From assembly GCA_017521805.1 (NCBI GenBank), contig JAFXDK010000073.1:13410-77409 (forward strand): a stretch of 64,000 nt of DNA, read 5' to 3'. How positions within the stretch are numbered: position 1 is the stretch's first letter; each line of letters starts with the position of its first letter. Shown here one piece after another: positions 1 through 10,111 of this stretch. The notes under the pieces are model-generated. The model saw nothing but the letters and a program-made list of their open reading frames with translations. It ran no database searches and had not been told where the DNA came from. The position numbers and the translations under genes are program-made. The DNA comes from Ruminococcus sp. Its GTDB lineage: Bacteria > Bacillota > Clostridia > Oscillospirales > Ruminococcaceae.

Positions 1-134
1 ATGTCAATTCGCTTTTTTGACAAAATATTACAAATCGTTTTGTTAATTTCTGCCACTACAGGCCGTTTTATCCTCCACTAATTCTGTTAATTATAACATA
101 TTTTTCCTATTTGTATATTCACTAAAAGGCACCT

Positions 135-3100
135 CTAAATCAAAACAATCTCCTTTTTCAACTCAATAGAATAAAGAGATAATCCTTTAACCTTTTTACC
201 CGTTGTCAACTCAATTGCAGCTTTGTAAATTAAAAGCTGTTTTTCATAGCGCTGACATAACTGTTCCTCAGAAACAAAACGATCAGATTTGTAATCAACT
301 ACGACTATTCCGTCATCTTCCTCAAACATAAGATCAATAATTCCCTTAATCATACCGTCGGAATCCCTGAGTTTATCAAAAACAGAATCATTTATTCTGA
401 GCTGTCCAGCCGCAACGGTAAATTTTTTCTCACGCTCCACATTTGTACTGCTGCATATACGCCTATACAAATCAGTGTGAAAGAACGCCTGTATTTTGCG
501 GATATCTATACTTTCAGCCTCAGTCCTTGTAAGAAATCCCCTCTCTGTAAGGCGCATAATTTCAGCTTTAGTGTCCGCAATGGCATTATCAAAAGAACAA
601 TACTGAAAAAATGTGTGAATCGCCGTTCCACGTTCCGCACCTGTTAAACGTCCCTTTTCACTGAGGAATCGCGGACGTTTCAGCTGAAACTCAACATCTT
701 CTTCGCCGCTGAATTTCTTTGAAATCTGAGTTACACTGAGTTTTGAGGGCGTATTAGAAAGTGTACGGTCATAGCTGAAATCAAACATCGCCTTGATTCT
801 TTTCACAATTTTCTCATCAGGTTTTGCAAATTCAGAATCTGCTTCAATAAAGGATATTTTTTCAAAGCCTGACAAAAGGTCATAGTCGAATAAATTATCC
901 TCTGTTTCATATGCAGGAAATCCGTGCGCTACGCAGTCAATTTCAAGCTTATCTGCTATGGCAGTAAACTCACCGTGCATCATAAGCGCAAGCCAGAACC
1001 AATCTGAATATGACTTCGCAGATTCAGCAAGAGATGAAATATCATTTCCGTTTATAACGCAATTGCCTGCCAGTTCAGAAATACGTTTTTTTTCTTTTGT
1101 ACCGCATTTTAGATTGATAAATAACTGCTGTTTAGCTCGCGTAAGTGCTACGTAAAGCAGACGCAGTTCCTCACTGCGCGTTTCGCTCTGCCCCTCATTG
1201 CTAAGCATTATCTGCTGAAATGTCCTGTATCTGCGGAGATATTTTTTTTCACAGAGTATAAAACCCATTCTTCCGTCGTCACTGCACATTACCCGTTCCG
1301 AATCATAGCGGAATTCATATCCAAGCTCTGCAATAAATACAAACGGATATTCCAGACCCTTTGATTTATGCATTGTCTGGACTACAACATAATCTCCCGA
1401 AGCCGCAGAAACTTTGCCCTGCTCATAATCTCCGCTTTCAAGCACTCGGTCAAGATGTGCGGCAAATCCGCTTAAACCGCCGCTTCCCTCTGCCGCCGAA
1501 GCCGCCTCATAATTACGCGCATACTGTATAAGCAATCGCAGATTTGCACGCTTCTTCTCGCCATTAATATACTGCTGCATAACAGACACAAAATCCGTTG
1601 TATCATATATACTGCTTATAAGCTCACCTATAGTCATGGTCACAGCGTTAAGACGGAAGCTGTCAATAGCCTCCAGAAAATCGGCGCATCTTGCAGACAA
1701 ATCAGGAGAAATTCCCTCAAGTTCGCAGTTTGCCGCCGCTCTCACAAGAGTAAACAGAGGCTGTTTTTTATCATATGCCCTGAGAATCGCGATATCACGT
1801 ATATCAAAAGGATACATAGGCGAAACCATAACAGCCGCAAGAGGTATGTCTTTCAGCGGATTGGCAATAATCCGAAGTAAATCGGTAAGTATAGCTATTT
1901 CACGGGATTTCAGATATCCCTTTTCTTCGCTTCCCTTTGCAGCTATTCCTCTTTTTTCAAGAGCCTTTGCATAAATATTTGCCGCTGGATTTGTCCTTAC
2001 AAGTATACAGAAATCCTTTGGTGTGCATTTCCGCTTTGTGCCGTCATTTTCCGTTACTTCAACACCTTCTCGGAGCATTTCGGCAATTTTGTCCGCTGTA
2101 ATTTCAGCTTCAAGACGTTCCTCCTCGTCGATATTCTCGGAATCCTCTGAATCCGTATCGATAAAGTTTATATGTGTTAGACGATTCAGATTGTCGCCGT
2201 CATCGTACTGTTTCGCACCGAAATAAAGCTTTTCATCATCGGTATAGTTAATTTCACCACAGTTTTTCGTCATAAGCTGTCCGAATACGAAATTGACGAA
2301 ATCAATTACCTGCGGCGAACTGCGGAAATTTCTGTTAAGAAGTATGGACTTGTTTTCACAGTCGCTTTCCGCCGTGTATCTCTCGGAGCTTTCCATAACC
2401 CCGATAAAATTGCGCGGATTTGCAAGTCTGAAACGATATATGGACTGCTTTACATCGCCCACGACAAAGGCATTTCTGCCATACATGGGATTTCCGTTGC
2501 CGTCAAGCTTGTACCCCTTAGAAAGAAGCTTAAAAATCAAATCCTGCTTATTGTTGGAATCCTGATATTCGTCCACAAAGATAATATCGTAATATTCTGC
2601 AATACGCTTCGCTGTTTCGGACTGAATAATTCTTCCGTCGCTGTCGTAATCTGCAAGAAGTTCAAGTACAAGACGTTCACCGTCGTCAAAACTTATGGCA
2701 TTTTTAGCGCATTTTTTCTCCCACACCAGTGCGCGAAAACGCTTTACTGCCTCTGCCAGAAGCTGAGCAACCTTTCCCGACTCTTCAAAATCCCTTGGAG
2801 CAGCTGCAAAGCAAGGAGCTGTATCCTTAATGATATCCTTAATGATGTCCCGTCGTTCCTTGAAAATATCACGGAGCGCCTTATTATACTCCACATTCCC
2901 TCTTATTGACACAAGACGGGCAAAATTCTGAGCATACTCCGCTGTTTCATCGTCTGGGAACAAACGCTTTTCCGCACAGCTGAGCAGTTCCATTACCCTG
3001 CTGTAATCCTCACGAGCCTGTTCCTCAGATTTTACAGCCTGAGGTATTGTCATATCGGGGAATATGTCTTTTATTGCAGATATATTTTCCTCTGCAAGTC

Positions 3101-3764
3101 TAAGAGCATATTTCAATCTGCGGCATATATACTCAAAAAATGCATCGAAATATATGGAATCAGAAAATTCCTTGTCGTATTCGGAAACCGCCTTATCAAG
3201 CCATTTTTCGCCCATAGCTGTCGATGAAAGGAATCTGTCTGTGTTGAGAATAACATCAATTAGTGGCTGCTGGTCGTTTATGCAAAACTTGTCGTAAAGA
3301 TAGGAGATTTTTTCATATTCGTCATGGCTGTAGATATCCAGAAGTTCATTGACCGCCTGATTTTTTATAACCTTTTCGTCGTTTTCGTCAAGTACACCGA
3401 ATCCCGAGGTTATCCCCTGCTCTGTAATATTATCTCGCAGGAGGTCAAAGCAGAATGAGTTTATTGTGGAGATTTTCGCACTCTGCAAAAGTACCTGTTG
3501 ACGAAGCAGAAACTGGTTATCAGGGCGGTCATTAATAAGCTGTCTGAAACGTCTGTCCAGCTTCTTTTTAAGTTCAGATGCCGCCGCATTTGTAAACGTT
3601 ACCGCAACGATTCTGTCAGCTCTGATTCCGGATTTTTCATCGGATAAAAGCTTAACAAGACGTTCTGTAAGAACTGCCGTTTTTCCGCTTCCTGCCGCCG
3701 CCGATACGATAAATGAGGCATTTGCCGCTTCAATGGCTGTCTGCTGCTGTTCTGTCCATTCCAT
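135..3764 (-). CDS. addA: ATP-dependent helicase/nuclease subunit A (AddA; UvrD-like helicase plus C-terminal RecB-type nuclease)
   Basis: 1209-aa ORF. Walker A 'AAAGSGKT' near the N-terminus and UvrD/Rep helicase motifs. C-terminal nuclease-like 'DLMFEE..VVVDYKSD'. The start overlaps the addB stop by 1 nt. Confidence 0.9.
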   Translation of the reverse strand: MEWTEQQQTAIEAANASFIVSAAAGSGKTAVLTERLVKLLSDEKSGIRADRIVAVTFTNAAASELKKKLDRRFRQLINDRPDNQFLLRQQVLLQSAKISTINSFCFDLLRDNITEQGITSGFGVLDENDEKVIKNQAVNELLDIYSHDEYEKISYLYDKFCINDQQPLIDVILNTDRFLSSTAMGEKWLDKAVSEYDKEFSDSIYFDAFFEYICRRLKYALRLAEENISAIKDIFPDMTIPQAVKSEEQAREDYSRVMELLSCAEKRLFPDDETAEYAQNFARLVSIRGNVEYNKALRDIFKERRDIIKDIIKDTAPCFAAAPRDFEESGKVAQLLAEAVKRFRALVWEKKCAKNAISFDDGERLVLELLADYDSDGRIIQSETAKRIAEYYDIIFVDEYQDSNNKQDLIFKLLSKGYKLDGNGNPMYGRNAFVVGDVKQSIYRFRLANPRNFIGVMESSERYTAESDCENKSILLNRNFRSSPQVIDFVNFVFGQLMTKNCGEINYTDDEKLYFGAKQYDDGDNLNRLTHINFIDTDSEDSENIDEEERLEAEITADKIAEMLREGVEVTENDGTKRKCTPKDFCILVRTNPAANIYAKALEKRGIAAKGSEEKGYLKSREIAILTDLLRIIANPLKDIPLAAVMVSPMYPFDIRDIAILRAYDKKQPLFTLVRAAANCELEGISPDLSARCADFLEAIDSFRLNAVTMTIGELISSIYDTTDFVSVMQQYINGEKKRANLRLLIQYARNYEAASAAEGSGGLSGFAAHLDRVLESGDYEQGKVSAASGDYVVVQTMHKSKGLEYPFVFIAELGYEFRYDSERVMCSDDGRMGFILCEKKYLRRYRTFQQIMLSNEGQSETRSEELRLLYVALTRAKQQLFINLKCGTKEKKRISELAGNCVINGNDISSLAESAKSYSDWFWLALMMHGEFTAIADKLEIDCVAHGFPAYETEDNLFDYDLLSGFEKISFIEADSEFAKPDEKIVKRIKAMFDFSYDRTLSNTPSKLSVTQISKKFSGEEDVEFQLKRPRFLSEKGRLTGAERGTAIHTFFQYCSFDNAIADTKAEIMRLTERGFLTRTEAESIDIRKIQAFFHTDLYRRICSSTNVEREKKFTVAAGQLRINDSVFDKLRDSDGMIKGIIDLMFEEDDGIVVVDYKSDRFVSEEQLCQRYEKQLLIYKAAIELTTGKKVKGLSLYSIELKKEIVLI

Positions 3765-6700
3765 TATTCATCAATCTCCTTTCCCAGAATTTCTGCCGCT
3801 TTTCTGATTTTTTCCAAATCGGGTTCACGGCATATCTTACCGTCTCCGTTTCCGCATATATTGGCGTAGCTGCAATAGCTGCAGGCTGTACCCTTACCAT
3901 ATTTCAGCGGAATTGCGGCAATATCCCCCCCATGCATAGCCTCAGCCGCCTCACTGAGATAATCATACACAAACTCTTTAAGACTATTCATCCCCGATTC
4001 AGAAACAACACTTGATGTACTGCCAAGAGTTCCGTCCTTTTTGATTTTGGCAGGAATAAACTTTCCTCCGATGCCGTGTTCCATTTTTTCAAGTACATCT
4101 TTCTTATCAATAAGCAGACCTGTTGTTTTCAGTTCTGAATCAACAGCAGATTGGTTGTATTCCTCGATTTTTGACTGTTCAATATCAATTTTTCCAAGCT
4201 CCAAAGGAGTATACAAAACTCCGGCAGGCTTACAGTCAGAGTAATATCCGCCCTCATCGCAAGCGGCAAAGAGATACATAAGCATCTGCATATTAAGTCC
4301 CCCTGCAAGAATTTTTTCGTTTATCACCTTTTTACTGCTCTTGTAGTCAACAACTCTCAGATATTTTTCATCCCCTATGGAGCATATGTCAGTACGGTCA
4401 ATAATTCCGCCGAATATCAGACTTTTTCCGCCGCCATAGCCGATACGTACAGAATTTCCCTTGCGGATATCAAGTTCAAATTTGTCAGGAACAAAATCAC
4501 TTGCCATAAGGGAATACTGAGTATGGCGGAAAACATCACCCAGACGTTCCGTAAGCTTATTGAAAAAGAGCTCAAAGCGCGGTGTTTTTCCGAAATCTCC
4601 AGCCATTTTCTCGTTTTTGTAATTTTCCGCAACAGCGTTTATCTCCTCGCAAAGCTTATCATAGGACATTGTAACAAATTCCGATTTTGTATGCGAACCG
4701 AGAATATTACTGAAACAGCTATGGGTAAGCTCACCTGTAATACGTCTGTCAAGCTCGATTTTTTCAGGCACGCGCAATTTCAGGAATGTCTCGCAGAAAT
4801 GCATGAAATGACATTTATTATACCGTTCAAATCCCGAGGGAGATATAAACAGTGGATTGAAATTCATAAGCCGTTCCATAATTCCGCTGTCCAGAGAAAA
4901 ATCGGGAGTTTGTCCCGTTTTGCTGAGAGCAAGAGTGATTCTTCGACAGTACTCCTCATCATCAAGGAGAGTTGCATAAATTGAAGCGGTTTCCTTTGTA
5001 TTTTCGGCTCTGGACTGCATATAGTGGTAATACGCGGATTTTTTAGTCACAGCATAAAAATCGGGAGTAAGCATTCCCTCTGTTATAAACATACCCGAAT
5101 CTGAGGGGAACATTTCGCACATCTGCTCTACAATACGTGCAGGATATTTCGCTTGTCCCGACAAATCTGAAAGAGGATAGCTCATATAAAGCTTTTCCGA
5201 CGCTGTAGATATAGCCTTGTATACAATCAGCCGTTCAGACGCTATAAGGTCAGTCAGCGGACGGGCGATTTCCAGTCCGAATCCCACAAGCTTTTGTTTA
5301 TCCGCTTCTGTGAATAGTCCATGAAGATTTACCTGATTCGGAAAATCTCCCTCTGAAGCGCCCATAACGAATATTATTCTTGGCGAATCAAGTCGTGCAG
5401 TTCTTGCAGATGCGGCTGTAACTGCGTCAAGAGTTCTGGGAGGTACGGAATATCTGAGCTGTCCCGTCATAGTGCGGAGAATATCCGCAAAATCGCTGAA
5501 TACAAGCATATTCTCCCCGAGAGTATCTGCGGCACTATCCAGAATATCCATAAGACAACCCCAGAGACGTTTCAGCTCTGCAGCTTCATTGTCCCTGTCA
5601 GTTCTGATAAGCTTCAGAATAAGCCTGCCAAGACAGCTTTCAGCGTTGCTTTCCGTCAGATAACCGTACATGATACGACAAAATCCCTCAGCAGTGTTTT
5701 CGCCTCTCAGCTTTTTTTTCAGCTTAATAAGGGGAGATATAATCCTGCTTCTGAGATTTTCAAGCATTTCAAGACTTTCGTCCTCTCCCGTAAATGCCTC
5801 AATCCACATATCTCCGTCAATGCCCCATTTATAGCAATAATTCTCCAGAAATGAAACATCTGTCAATTCAGCCTCAAGAAGTCCGCATTTAAGGAGGCGG
5901 AAAATCTGTTCACTTCTGAATTTTCTTGCAGTCATAAGGTCAAGGATTGAAAGGAAAAACACCATAACAGCCGTATGTGCAACAGGCTGTTCAATACTCA
6001 TAAAGTAGGGAATATCATACCTTGCAAAAGCTGCTTTCAGCACATCGGCATAGTCCTCAATTTTGTTTGAAATAACCGCAATATCCTTAAATTTCAGCGA
6101 TTTGTCACTGTTTATAAGCCGCACAAGCTCCGCACAGACATATTCTGCCTCGCTGTACATATCCCTGGCCTCAAATATACGGATATTTTCAGGCATGGGA
6201 GCAGTATCAGGCTCATTTGGTAGATTTCTCATTGCTCTTTCGCTGAGGTATTCAAGGTCAGCTGATTTGAATCGCCTGCTACGTTCAAGTTTTGTAATCT
6301 TCACTGGAATATTATTTTCGCGGCAAAGCTGAGAAATCTTACGATATGTTTCATTTACCGTTTCAAACAGCGTAAATTTTCCTGCATTAGCGTTATCTGT
6401 ACGTAAAGTGATAACTGTCTTTTCCGCAGAGGAAATTATCACTTTCAGCATATCAATCTGGTCGCCTGTAAAGCTTTCAAACTCATCAAGAAATACATAT
6501 TTCCCCTTGAAAAAGCCGTTAAGAGCCGCAGTTTTTGCGGCTTCACGAATATTTTCAAGGTGGTCCTTGAATCCGTACTGCTCCATAAGAAACTCATATT
6601 CATAAAAGATATTTGCAACATCTCTCACCTTGTTGTGAAGCTTTGTATCCAGAAGCAATGATTTTTCCATAAGTTTAAGAGGCTTTACACCTGATTTTTT

Positions 6701-7087
6701 CATATCGCCGATAAGCTTCAGAATTTCCTCCGCAAATCCAGCCTGAGAGCTTGTCCTGCCGAAGAAAAGCAGCTGTTCGGGATTACTTTTAGCGGCATTT
6801 ATAGCCTGATAAGTAAGAATCAGACGCGCCATATCATCGGCGTATTCGCCCTTTCTGTCGGGCTCACCGTAAATCTGAAAGAGCTGTCGTGCAAGACTGC
6901 TGAAACTAAGGGATAACAGGCTGTTAAAATCCTTTGCACCAATGCGGAAATACAGCTTTTTATCAAATTCTGTTGAGAACTGTTCCGGAACAAGAACAAT
7001 ACGCTCACTGCCCGAATAGCTTTGTATGCGTTCGATCATTTCGGTTGTCTTTCCAGTTCCAGACGCTCCGATTATAAATTCAACCAT
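3764..7087 (-). CDS. addB: ATP-dependent helicase/nuclease subunit B (AddB)
   Basis: N-terminal 'GASGTGKTT'. C-terminal nuclease domain with a Cys cluster ('CHFMHFC' .. 'CSYCSYANIC') typical of the AddB Fe-S domain. The start was moved to the ATG at 7085-7087 (MVEFIIG), which lies 5 nt downstream of AAAGGAG. The ORF-track start at 7114 lies inside the upstream terminator. Confidence 0.88.
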   Translation of the reverse strand: MVEFIIGASGTGKTTEMIERIQSYSGSERIVLVPEQFSTEFDKKLYFRIGAKDFNSLLSLSFSSLARQLFQIYGEPDRKGEYADDMARLILTYQAINAAKSNPEQLLFFGRTSSQAGFAEEILKLIGDMKKSGVKPLKLMEKSLLLDTKLHNKVRDVANIFYEYEFLMEQYGFKDHLENIREAAKTAALNGFFKGKYVFLDEFESFTGDQIDMLKVIISSAEKTVITLRTDNANAGKFTLFETVNETYRKISQLCRENNIPVKITKLERSRRFKSADLEYLSERAMRNLPNEPDTAPMPENIRIFEARDMYSEAEYVCAELVRLINSDKSLKFKDIAVISNKIEDYADVLKAAFARYDIPYFMSIEQPVAHTAVMVFFLSILDLMTARKFRSEQIFRLLKCGLLEAELTDVSFLENYCYKWGIDGDMWIEAFTGEDESLEMLENLRSRIISPLIKLKKKLRGENTAEGFCRIMYGYLTESNAESCLGRLILKLIRTDRDNEAAELKRLWGCLMDILDSAADTLGENMLVFSDFADILRTMTGQLRYSVPPRTLDAVTAASARTARLDSPRIIFVMGASEGDFPNQVNLHGLFTEADKQKLVGFGLEIARPLTDLIASERLIVYKAISTASEKLYMSYPLSDLSGQAKYPARIVEQMCEMFPSDSGMFITEGMLTPDFYAVTKKSAYYHYMQSRAENTKETASIYATLLDDEEYCRRITLALSKTGQTPDFSLDSGIMERLMNFNPLFISPSGFERYNKCHFMHFCETFLKLRVPEKIELDRRITGELTHSCFSNILGSHTKSEFVTMSYDKLCEEINAVAENYKNEKMAGDFGKTPRFELFFNKLTERLGDVFRHTQYSLMASDFVPDKFELDIRKGNSVRIGYGGGKSLIFGGIIDRTDICSIGDEKYLRVVDYKSSKKVINEKILAGGLNMQMLMYLFAACDEGGYYSDCKPAGVLYTPLELGKIDIEQSKIEEYNQSAVDSELKTTGLLIDKKDVLEKMEHGIGGKFIPAKIKKDGTLGSTSSVVSESGMNSLKEFVYDYLSEAAEAMHGGDIAAIPLKYGKGTACSYCSYANICGNGDGKICREPDLEKIRKAAEILGKEIDE

Positions 7088-7100
7088 AGTTACTCCTTTA

Positions 7101-7141
7101 AGGCAAAACCGCACAAAGTCCGATAAACTCTGTGCGGTTTT
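7101..7141 (-). terminator. Intrinsic terminator after the GH25 gene; its arm belongs to the 'TTAAGGCAAmACCGCACA' repeat family
   Basis: Stem aaaaccgcaca (7105-7115) pairs with tgtgcggtttt (7131-7141). On the minus strand a U-tract (ttttgcc) follows and runs directly into the addB RBS. Confidence 0.7.
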
Positions 7142-7151
7142 AAATTAATTC

Positions 7152-8948
7152 TTACTTATTTTCTGATTCTTCTTTAGGATATCCGTTCAATCCGTTATGC
7201 TTCATTACATCAAGATAATCTCTTGTGGATATTATATTCGGCTCTCTGTCAAAGCGTGTGGTGATTCCACAGCTTCCTGCATAAAGAGAGGGGTCATTAT
7301 TGTACTTCACCTGCCAGATATCATATCTGCTGAGCAGGTCATAGCTGAAACGATATTTCAGAGCCTTATCCTCTGCCATTATACCCACAAAATACTTTCT
7401 ATTTTCAAAGTAAGAGCAGAACTCAGCGGCAACAGATGTAGCCTTATCCTTTTCAAAACCATAAAGCTTGAAATCGCTGTTCTTTTCTGTAAAGCCTAAG
7501 TATAAGGGATATTCAAGCATTCTTCCCGTCAGCTGACTGTCAATAGCAACAGCCTCCTCCTTAATTCCAGCAACGGTAACTGTGCGACAATCGTATATGA
7601 TACCGCAATTTATTCCAAGCTTGTGTGCCGCATCAATATTTTCACCGATAAGCTCTATTTCGTCCTTTTCAGCTTGAATCATTGCAAAATCATAAGTATC
7701 CTTGTCGAAATCAGACCAGTCATAAACCGCTGATGCATCAAGCTCAACTATCTTTCCGTTATATATCTCAGATACAGCAGTTGTAGTTATAGGATCTGCT
7801 GTAGTTGTGGTTTCTGTTGTAGTCACAGTAGTTTCGGGAATCTTTCCGCCTGCTGGATTTACCCCTATAATTGAGGGATAATCCACATAGCAGTAATTCA
7901 GGTCAACGTCGCAGTCGATACCGTCAATGCGTCCCTTTGGGCTGTACTGCCACATACCGTGAGTACCCTTGTACCATGTCAGAGTAGGTGTGTCGTACTC
8001 AGCAACCCATACAGGATATTTATCAAGAACGTGTCTGTATATACGGTATTCAAAATCGCTTCCGCTGCCGTAAACTCCTGCATAATATCCATGCTCCTGG
8101 AGTGTGGTGCAGAATGTTTCAATCATAGCAGAAAGAGTTGCATAGCTGAGATTATTCAGCGCTGCATAGTACTCAAAATCGTAGTATATGGGATAATTAA
8201 AGCTGTATCCGTCTATAACTTCAAGACAGGCAAGAGCTTCCTGCTTTGCCTCCTCAACGGACATTGCATAGCTGAACCAGTACACGCCAACGTCAAGACC
8301 AGCTGCTTGAGCCTGTTCCATATTTGTCTTGAAGAACGGGTCAACTTGGTCTGCGTACTTTCCCCAGCCTGCTTTGATAATGGCATAATCAACCTGTCCG
8401 CTGTTCTTGACAGCCTGCCAGTCAATAATATACTGCCACTGAGAAACGTCAATACCATTTATGTATTCGCCGTTAGGGAACTGTCCAAGCTGAGTTGTTA
8501 CAACAGTTGTAGTAGCCGCTGTAGTTTCACTTGTTGTTACAGCTGAAGTTGAAGCGGATTGAGATGTTGTATTTTCAGTTGTAGTTTTTGTGATTGTAGT
8601 GTTTTTCTTTGTAGTAGTGGTTAACTTTTTAGTTGTTGTATTTTTCGCAGTAGTCTTTTTAGTTGAAGAAATCGCCGCAGTTGTAGCAGTATCTGCTGTT
8701 GTAGTCGCGGCAGAAGTTACAGGCGCTGTAGTTTGTGATATCATTTCATAGTAAGCATTGTAAATATCAAATACATTGAAAGGCTGTTCACTTTCACTGT
8801 CAGGGACTTTACTTTTTTCCGAAATTGTGCTATCATATACATAGACGTTTTTTTCGTCATTGACTGCTGATGCGGTTACTTCCGCAAATGGCATGATACA
8901 CATACCTACTGCCAGAATGGCTGACATTATATTTTTAGCTAAGCTCAT
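7152..8948 (-). CDS. Secreted GH25 muramidase (lysozyme) with Thr-rich linkers and a second, degenerate GH25-like C-terminal domain
   Basis: Signal peptide. GH25 signatures: 'NGIDVSQWQ..IDW', 'GVYWFSY', 'VWVAEY', 'WQYS..G.IDGI..DVDLN'. Poly-Thr/Ala linkers. The C-terminal ~200 aa has a GH25-like layout but lacks the 'GIDVS' catalytic block. Confidence 0.85.
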   Translation of the reverse strand: MSLAKNIMSAILAVGMCIMPFAEVTASAVNDEKNVYVYDSTISEKSKVPDSESEQPFNVFDIYNAYYEMISQTTAPVTSAATTTADTATTAAISSTKKTTAKNTTTKKLTTTTKKNTTITKTTTENTTSQSASTSAVTTSETTAATTTVVTTQLGQFPNGEYINGIDVSQWQYIIDWQAVKNSGQVDYAIIKAGWGKYADQVDPFFKTNMEQAQAAGLDVGVYWFSYAMSVEEAKQEALACLEVIDGYSFNYPIYYDFEYYAALNNLSYATLSAMIETFCTTLQEHGYYAGVYGSGSDFEYRIYRHVLDKYPVWVAEYDTPTLTWYKGTHGMWQYSPKGRIDGIDCDVDLNYCYVDYPSIIGVNPAGGKIPETTVTTTETTTTADPITTTAVSEIYNGKIVELDASAVYDWSDFDKDTYDFAMIQAEKDEIELIGENIDAAHKLGINCGIIYDCRTVTVAGIKEEAVAIDSQLTGRMLEYPLYLGFTEKNSDFKLYGFEKDKATSVAAEFCSYFENRKYFVGIMAEDKALKYRFSYDLLSRYDIWQVKYNNDPSLYAGSCGITTRFDREPNIISTRDYLDVMKHNGLNGYPKEESENK

Positions 8949-9158
8949 GGGAATCTACTCCTTGAAAATCTCGTGGGCATGTTGCTTATGAAAAATCCAA
9001 TAATCCGTAAACCAATCAATAAATATTCTATCACAAAAATTACAGAATTGCAACATTTTAAATACAAAAAGTAAAATCTATCTGCACATTTCATCATATC
9101 AAACTAAATACAAAAGGATTATTTATGCATATTTCACATATTTCTCTGAGGTGAACAA

Positions 9159-10100
9159 ATGAAAGAATTTTTAATTATGCCCAATGACAGCGGACAGCGT
9201 CTCGATAAGTTTCTTTTAAAGGCAATGCCTGATCTGCCTAAAAGCATGATGTACCGACTTATCCGCAAGAAAGATATAAAACTCAATGGAAAGCGATGCG
9301 AAATCTCCACAAAGCTTTCCGAGGGCGATATTGTCCGCGTTTACGTGAAGGACGATGTAGCCGCTGTAAAAAAACATGATATGTCTTTCCTCAAAGCTGA
9401 TACAAATCTCGATATCGTATACGAGGACGAAAATATTATTGTCGTATATAAACCTGTGGGACTCGATTCCCACAGCAACGGCGAAAGAAATTCCGATACA
9501 CTCATAAACCGCATTAAACTCTATCTTTACAATAAAAAAGAATACGTTCCGGACGCTGAAAGCAGTTTTTCCCCTGCCCTTTGCAGCCGTTTAGATAGAA
9601 ATACTTCGGGAATTGTAACTGCCGCAAAATCCGCCGCCGCTCTTCGAGAAATGAACGAGGGAATAAAATCAGGCTATGTACATAAGCTTTATCAATGCAT
9701 TACTGTAAATAAACCACCGCAATCTGCTGATATCCTTACAGCATGGCACTATCGGGACGAGGGCAGAAATATGGTCCGCATAAGCGACGAAAAAAAAGAC
9801 GGGTATAAGGAAATCCGTACAGGATATGAAATTTTAGAAGAAAAATCCGGAATGGCACTTCTTAAAATAAGGCTGTATACAGGACGTACTCACCAGATTC
9901 GCGCACATCTTGCGCATATCGGCTGTCCCATTTTAGGAGACGGAAAATATGGCAATATTGCTGCAAATAAGCGTCATGGCATTTTCAGACAGGCACTATG
10001 CGCCGTAGAACTTCAATTTAGTTTTCCTGAAAGCTCTCCCCTGTTCAATCTTAACGAGATAGTACCGAAATCCCCATATTCACTGAAATTCCCAAAATAA
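9159..10100 (+). CDS. RluA-family 23S rRNA pseudouridine synthase (RluD/RluC-like, with S4 domain)
   Basis: Catalytic motif 'SRLDRNTSGIV' and 'GRTHQIRAHLAHIGCPILGDGKYG'. RBS GAGGTG lies 5 nt upstream of the ATG. Confidence 0.9.
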   Translation: MKEFLIMPNDSGQRLDKFLLKAMPDLPKSMMYRLIRKKDIKLNGKRCEISTKLSEGDIVRVYVKDDVAAVKKHDMSFLKADTNLDIVYEDENIIVVYKPVGLDSHSNGERNSDTLINRIKLYLYNKKEYVPDAESSFSPALCSRLDRNTSGIVTAAKSAAALREMNEGIKSGYVHKLYQCITVNKPPQSADILTAWHYRDEGRNMVRISDEKKDGYKEIRTGYEILEEKSGMALLKIRLYTGRTHQIRAHLAHIGCPILGDGKYGNIAANKRHGIFRQALCAVELQFSFPESSPLFNLNEIVPKSPYSLKFPK

Positions 10101-10111
10101 AGGAGAGAATC

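Noticed and set aside
958-7008. Numerous 60-150-aa ORFs antisense to or nested within addA/addB, and likewise within polC, the pectate lyase gene, the his genes and others
   Set aside because: They are shadow ORFs inside long, well-supported genes. They have no SD and a biased Ser/Arg/Leu-rich composition.
8520-8720. Low-complexity nucleotide repeats (also 24060-24130, 15930-16060 and 17820-17930)
   Set aside because: They encode Thr/Pro/Ala-rich interdomain linkers of secreted proteins and are not independent repeat elements. Antisense ORFs such as 23919-24197 (poly-Val) are their shadows.
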